Virus record (IMG/VR): IMGVR_UViG_3300020596_000031
Coordinates: 1 to 50,919 of that record
Direction: 5' to 3' (one strand)
DNA: 50,919 nt
Origin: a virus
Taxonomy: Duplodnaviria; Caudoviricetes
Position numbers and translations under genes: made by a program
Shown: positions 46,501 to 50,919 of the stretch, one piece after another
Position numbering within the stretch: position 1 is the first letter of the stretch
Layout: each line of letters starts with the position of its first letter
The notes under the pieces: model-generated
Told to the model about the DNA's origin: nothing
Databases searched by the model: none
The model's input: only the letters and a program-made list of their open reading frames with translations

Positions 46501-46833
46501 ATGAGCAAATCCATTAAATGGGCAAAGAAAACGCCGAATGCCGTTTCGGCTCAGATCCAAACCGCGCGGACGACATTCGAAAGATGGTGGGCGGACGAGG
46601 GGTCCTCGATGCACCCGCTAGCCGGAGAAGCTACGGCGGAGTACGCCAAGCGGATCACCGAGATCGCGTGGATCAACGGGGCGTATCTATTGGAGGTGTT
46701 CAATGAGAATAATGAGTTCCTGAACGATGCGCTCAACGAAGTGCTAAAGGAACTTATCGCTGCCGGCTACACTAAGGAGCAGCTCGGCGCCGCACGCGCA
46801 ATGAAAGCAGCGCCAGCCAAGGGTGAGTCGTGA
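46501..46833 (+). CDS. Hypothetical protein
   Basis: ATG 46501; FERWW...AW..G motif common in small phage proteins. Confidence 0.6.
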   Translation: MSKSIKWAKKTPNAVSAQIQTARTTFERWWADEGSSMHPLAGEATAEYAKRITEIAWINGAYLLEVFNENNEFLNDALNEVLKELIAAGYTKEQLGAARAMKAAPAKGES

Positions 46834-47060
46834 AAGATCCCACCTTCGATCATCTGCTGACAGAGCTAACAAACATGGCGTGGCACGCCGGTAAGGATGA
46901 CGGGCGATTCAATTTGGATTTGGACTACTGCGCCAAGCACAAAGCGCTACTTAACCACGTTGCGCGCATCGAGGCGGATAACGCGAGACTGCGCGAGGAA
47001 ATTGCCGGCAGGAACGAGGCGCACACCATGCGCGCCATTACGGACGCGCAAAACAGCTAA
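46830..47060 (+). CDS. Hypothetical protein
   Basis: GTGA overlap; IEADNARLREE coiled coil. Confidence 0.55.
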   Translation: MKDPTFDHLLTELTNMAWHAGKDDGRFNLDLDYCAKHKALLNHVARIEADNARLREEIAGRNEAHTMRAITDAQNS

Positions 47061-47174
47061 CGCTTTGCCACCACTCGCCCCTTGGGGCTCGGTGCCGCCG
47101 GAGCACAACAAGCAAGGCCCTTACCTAGGAGCGGCCATCCGGCATACTTTCGATATAGCTAAACAAACCCAATC

Positions 47175-47495
47175 ATGATCACACAAGAAACAGCATCCGC
47201 AATATGGAGCGCCTACCGAGAAATCGCGGCAGCAGAAAAGCTTATCGCGGATATGAAGGCCGAGCGCGAAAGACCGTTCGCGGATCGCGATAAATACTCA
47301 GCCACGCTCAAAGACGCCTTCGGTTGTCGTCGCCAGCTACAGATGGGTATCCCCAGCGGCGAGAACAGCCATCGCCTGTTTGATGTGCACCCTGAACTCG
47401 CGGAATCAGTTATACGCGCCCACGTCGCAAAGAAAAATGTGGAGCTAGTCGAGGCCAACGAACGCGCGCGAATTGAACTCAACTCAATCCCGTGA
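47175..47495 (+). CDS. Hypothetical protein
   Basis: 106-aa ATG ORF coupled to the resolvase gene. Confidence 0.65.
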   Translation: MITQETASAIWSAYREIAAAEKLIADMKAERERPFADRDKYSATLKDAFGCRRQLQMGIPSGENSHRLFDVHPELAESVIRAHVAKKNVELVEANERARIELNSIP

Positions 47496-47983
47496 GTGAC
47501 AACCCTCTGACATTCGCGATCGACCCGGGCAATACGCAGTCGCAGTTCGTAGTGTTCAACGGTGCTCTCGTCGTGGACCGCGGGTTCCTCCCAAACGTAC
47601 TGTTCATAAAAGAGCTTCCGACGTGGCTCAATATCTACAAGCCGCGTTGGGTAGTCATCGAAGGGATTGCATCCTATGGAATGAGTGTTGGGGCCGAGGT
47701 GTTCGAAACGTGCATCTGGATCGGGCGCTTCTATCAGAAGTGCAGCGATTCAGGCTTCGTTCCGGAGATCATGCTGCGCCGCGAGGTGAAGCTGCATCTG
47801 TGCGGGACCACCAAGGCGAAGGACGGCAACGTCCGGCAGGCCATCATTGACAGATTCGGAGGCAAGGATGCCGCCATCGGAAGGAAAGCCACGCCCGGCG
47901 TGCTATACGGGATCACTTCACACGCGTGGGCCGCATTGGCCCTCGCGATCACCTTCACAGACAAGAAGACAGGACGCGTATGA
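47492..47983 (+). CDS. RuvC-like Holliday junction resolvase
   Basis: FAIDPG, VVIE...[36 protein letters not shown]. Confidence 0.8.
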   Translation: MSDNPLTFAIDPGNTQSQFVVFNGALVVDRGFLPNVLFIKELPTWLNIYKPRWVVIEGIASYGMSVGAEVFETCIWIGRFYQKCSDSGFVPEIMLRREVKLHLCGTTKAKDGNVRQAIIDRFGGKDAAIGRKATPGVLYGITSHAWAALALAITFTDKKTGRV

Positions 47984-48096
47984 AAGAGCACCCAATTTTA
48001 TTCAAAGGCGAGATGGTCCGCGCGATCCTTGCCGGCACCAAGACGCAGACGCGGAGGATCGCAAAACTCACTCCAGATGGGCGAAACTCGTTTTAA
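47980..48096 (+). pseudogene. Truncated ASCH/PUA-like phage gene remnant
   Basis: [26 protein letters not shown] is a conserved family N-terminus but stops after 38 aa. Confidence 0.6.
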
Positions 48097-48118
48097 CGCA
48101 TCCAGAGTATTTAATCAC

Positions 48119-48454
48119 ATGAGCAATATCAACGGACATGCATCGCAACGCCCGGACGTCCCGTGGGTCGTTCACTTCGCCCTGCAGTCGGAATTCGTTA
48201 AGCTGGCGTCCGCGCTTGGCGTGGAGATCGCGGACGGGATGGCGTTCGGCGAAGCAATTACAAAGTGCCGGACCCGGGTGCGCGTTGCGGCAATCAAGGC
48301 CGACCAGTACGAGAAGGTCCTGACCTTCATCGACAGCGCCTCCGACGCGCTCTCTTACCAGAAAAACCCGGACGCGCTCCGGGCGTACACTCTATTACAA
48401 CGTGCCCTGTCGCTGCTGGATGAACTCGCCGGGCCGAAGGAGGAATCCAAATGA
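48119..48454 (+). CDS. Hypothetical protein
   Basis: ATG 48119; ATGA-coupled to next gene. Confidence 0.6.
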   Translation: MSNINGHASQRPDVPWVVHFALQSEFVKLASALGVEIADGMAFGEAITKCRTRVRVAAIKADQYEKVLTFIDSASDALSYQKNPDALRAYTLLQRALSLLDELAGPKEESK

Positions 48455-48627
48455 CAATCGACGACGTGATAAACAGCTTGGTCGAGTCGGAGGCGGTCGC
48501 GTTGGCGCTGAAAGACGCAATCTCCACCTACCGGCAGGACGACAAGACGGTCTTCGTGACAGCCGAGCGGCGGGAGGCATGGATCGCTGTACTGGAAAAA
48601 TTCAACACACTTAAGGAGACGGTATAA
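48451..48627 (+). CDS. Small hypothetical protein
   Basis: 58 aa MTIDDVINSL...; AGGAGG upstream; abuts next ATG. Confidence 0.6.
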   Translation: MTIDDVINSLVESEAVALALKDAISTYRQDDKTVFVTAERREAWIAVLEKFNTLKETV

Positions 48628-49875
48628 ATGAACCTCGCCCCCACATCCCACCATCCGCTCGGGCCATCCACTTGGCCCGCAATCTCCGAATGCGCCGACT
48701 TCGAATCAATCCCTGACGTGGATCTTGAAGAGATCGACGGCGAGGAGGCCGAAGAAGACAACACGCCCCGCGGGAGAGGCATCGTGAAGCACAAGGCCGT
48801 TGCCATGCTGTTGGGCGGCGACCTTGCCATGCGCCAAGGTGCGCTTGAAGGACTCAGTGAAAGCGAGCGCGGCGAAGTGCAATGGGTGGCCGAGAAGGCC
48901 GTACAGATCGCCGAACAGAACGGTTACACGCAATCCGACATGATACTCGAGCAGCGAGTGACGATGTTGAAACCGGATTCGTTCGAGCCGTTGTACTTTG
49001 GGACTGGTGACGGCGAGGTGGGCCCCATCGACATGGATTGGAAGTTTGGCCTGCAAAGAAATTATTTCCCCCAGCTCGTCGGCTACGCCCTCCCCAAGAT
49101 GGAGGCGCGAAACGAGAAACGTCGCATCGGTTACCTCATATACGGACGGCTGAAGCGCGTCGAACGCTACGTGCTCGACCGCCGCACCGTCGAGACCGTC
49201 GCTTACGGACTGCTCGCACGTCGCTTGGCGCCAGACCGCAAGCCAACGCCCTGTTCCTACTGCGGCTTCTGCGCCAAGGCCGCAACCTGCTCTGCCCTGT
49301 CTGCAACGCCCGTCGCCCTGACCGAACGCCGCGAGGACTGGGTCACGAAGTTGCCGAGTCCGCATGTGTCGCAGTTGCGGGATCCGACGTGGCTCGGGGC
49401 TGCGATGTTTATCAAGCGCCGCTACCTCGACACGTGGACCAAAGCGGTAGATTTCGCCTGTGCGTCTCTGGCGGCACAGGGGATCATCCCAGCAGGGTTC
49501 AATATCCAACACCAGAAGGGCCGCACGTCGATTGCCGACATGCAGAAGGCCTTTGCCGTCCTTGAGCCGATCGTGGGGCCCGCCGTGCTGTGGGACGTCA
49601 TGGGCGCCGCTCTAGGCACGCTGGCGAAGGCATACGCGGCCGACGCCGGCATACCCGAGACACGCGCCAAAGCCGCGATCACCGGCGCATTGGAGGCCGC
49701 GGGACTGCTCTCCTACGGCGAGCCCATCATCAAACTTGTGGCCGACAAGAACGCCGAGGCCATCATCCGCACTGCGCTCGACCAGCACAGATTTGTGCAG
49801 CTACCGGAAAAAAGCGTTGACCTGGATAGGGAATCTTCCGAGGGTGCGGACGCTTCTACGGAAGCCCGTGATTGA
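48628..49875 (+). CDS. DUF2800 / PD-(D/E)XK Cas4-like exonuclease
   Basis: HH.LGPS...EC, RG...H, EQRV, FGTGD...DWKFG, QL..YA, C.FC....C cluster. Confidence 0.8.
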   Translation: MNLAPTSHHPLGPSTWPAISECADFESIPDVDLEEIDGEEAEEDNTPRGRGIVKHKAVAMLLGGDLAMRQGALEGLSESERGEVQWVAEKAVQIAEQNGYTQSDMILEQRVTMLKPDSFEPLYFGTGDGEVGPIDMDWKFGLQRNYFPQLVGYALPKMEARNEKRRIGYLIYGRLKRVERYVLDRRTVETVAYGLLARRLAPDRKPTPCSYCGFCAKAATCSALSATPVALTERREDWVTKLPSPHVSQLRDPTWLGAAMFIKRRYLDTWTKAVDFACASLAAQGIIPAGFNIQHQKGRTSIADMQKAFAVLEPIVGPAVLWDVMGAALGTLAKAYAADAGIPETRAKAAITGALEAAGLLSYGEPIIKLVADKNAEAIIRTALDQHRFVQLPEKSVDLDRESSEGADASTEARD

Positions 49876-49991
49876 GAATCGCGGCAGAATCCAAAATGAA
49901 AACCAAATTTCCGCACCCTAGCTTGCCCATGCCACGCCTAATTTTGGGGGCGCGCATGATTCTCTCTCGCGTAGGGTGCGGGATCCTTTTT
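49874..49991 (+). promoter_or_regulatory. Structured leader/attenuator upstream of rep
   Basis: Stem TCCGCACCCTA (49910)/TAGGGTGCGGG (49972) then T-run; loop GATTCTC (49958) complementary to upstream GAGAATC (49874). Confidence 0.55.
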
Positions 49992-50041
49992 GTCGAGGCG
50001 TTTAGCCCTGCGATGTCTGTAAAACCCAAGGATTTAAACTT

Positions 50042-50919
50042 ATGAGCAAGCGATTCACCGAGACAAACAAGTGGTGCAACCCGTGGTTCCGCAAGCTTGA
50101 CCCAAAGAGGAAGCTTCTCTGGGTTTACCTGACGGACAACTGCGACCAGGCGGGCGTTATCGAAATCGACTGGGAGCTAGCTACCTTTCAAATCGGTACG
50201 CGGGTGTGCGCAAAGGATCTCGACGCCTTTGAGGGTCGAGTCGCTACCCTACCGAAGGATAAGCTCTGGATCCGCACGTTCGTCCAGTTCCAGTACGGCA
50301 AAATTTCGCGCGAATGTAAGCCTCACAACCCGGTGTTTGCGGCCTTGGATCGGCATGGACTGACCGAAGCGGACCTTACAGAGCCGCTGGTTGAAACTGG
50401 TGTCGATGGCGAAACGAAGGGTAACGAAAGCCTTTCGGATAGGCTATCGAAGGGTATGCCAAAGGCTATCGAAGGTGTTATCAAACCCTCTCCGAGGGTT
50501 GAAGAAGAGGAAGAGGAAAAGGAAAAGGAAAAGGAAAACGCGCGCGACCCAATTTTGTTTATCGACGCCGACGTGATTTACGCCGCCTATCCGCGAAAAC
50601 AGGGGCGCCAAGACGCGATCCGCGCGATCGCCAAGGCCATGACCAAGTGCGAGCCAGAGAAGCTTTTGAGCGCCACCGTGGCGTACGCTGCCGCCGTTGC
50701 ACGATGGCCCGAAGATGCTCGCAAATTCGTGCCCCACCCCGCGACGTGGTTCAATGGAGGCGGCTACGAGGACGACCCGAAGGAGTGGGAGCGTGGCGAC
50801 GGCCGCAAGGCCACCCTGCCCACCGCCGACATCTACACCGAGCCATTCGGCTGGCAGGAGCGTGCGAAGAGGCTCTGGCCGGACGGTGAAATCCCGAAAA
50901 CATGGTTCGCGCTGTCCTC
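50042..50919 (+). CDS. Phage replication initiator (3'-truncated; absent from the supplied ORF track)
   Basis: MSKRFTETNKW.NPWFRKL...KLLWVYL.DNCD.AG N-terminus, EEEEEEKEKEKE linker, YPRK...A, VPHPATWFN...YEDD C-terminal domain; open to window end. Confidence 0.88.
   Translation, partial: MSKRFTETNKWCNPWFRKLDPKRKLLWVYLTDNCDQAGVIEIDWELATFQIGTRVCAKDLDAFEGRVATLPKDKLWIRTFVQFQYGKISRECKPHNPVFAALDRHGLTEADLTEPLVETGVDGETKGNESLSDRLSKGMPKAIEGVIKPSPRVEEEEEEKEKEKENARDPILFIDADVIYAAYPRKQGRQDAIRAIAKAMTKCEPEKLLSATVAYAAAVARWPEDARKFVPHPATWFNGGGYEDDPKEWERGDGRKATLPTADIYTEPFGWQERAKRLWPDGEIPKTWFALS
50410..50540 (+). repeat. Iteron-like repeats / probable origin inside rep
   Basis: AGGCTATCGAAGG at 50441 and 50463 (22 bp apart), CGAAGGGTA at 50415 and 50448, then a pure-purine tract 50501-50538. 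Confidence 0.6.

Larger units (their letters stand above)
1..50919. mobile_element. Temperate tailed bacteriophage (Caudoviricetes), near-complete, probably podovirus-like morphology
   Basis: TerL, portal, scaffold, capsid, lysis, integrase+attP and replication genes with no host housekeeping genes; attP is intact, implying an excised/free form; no tape measure gene. Confidence 0.95.

Noticed and set aside
48628-49875. CRISPR-associated Cas4 system
   Set aside because: Stand-alone DUF2800-type phage nuclease; no cas1/cas2 or array
1-50919. Complete circular genome or terminal repeats
   Set aside because: The ends do not overlap and lie in different truncated genes, so a segment is missing

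Overview
This window holds most of a GC-rich temperate tailed-phage genome in its excised (attP) configuration. Both ends fall inside genes: a probable terS at the left and the replication initiator at the right. The + strand late region runs terS(?), SSB-like gene, putative packaging-origin region, terL, two ejection-type proteins (one a 2938-aa polyvalent protein with ParB-like, zincin, beta-clamp-like, ART-like and LPD38 domains), portal, fibre/surface proteins, a lysis cassette, scaffold, N4-gp56/DUF4043-like major capsid, then head-tail and tail proteins. No tape measure or sheath gene is visible, so the phage is probably podovirus-like. Next come attP (3' half of tRNA-Arg(ACG)), a tyrosine integrase, a control region built from HTH and ribbon-helix-helix genes, and an early recombination/replication operon (SSAP, YfdP/YfdQ-like, RuvC-like, DUF2800, Rep with internal iterons). 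The Ig and putative-Ig domain style suggests a Verrucomicrobiota (Opitutae-like) host, which is inference only. The most notable points are: a beta-helix protein in the endolysin slot of the lysis cassette; a sliding-clamp-like domain inside the giant virion protein; tail-fibre-like proteins with signal peptides; a conserved motif 46-51 nt upstream of five late genes; a remote inverted copy of the putative integrase arm site; an RHH-based genetic switch; and a candidate structured ncRNA. All domain calls are from motifs recognised by eye, not from database searches.
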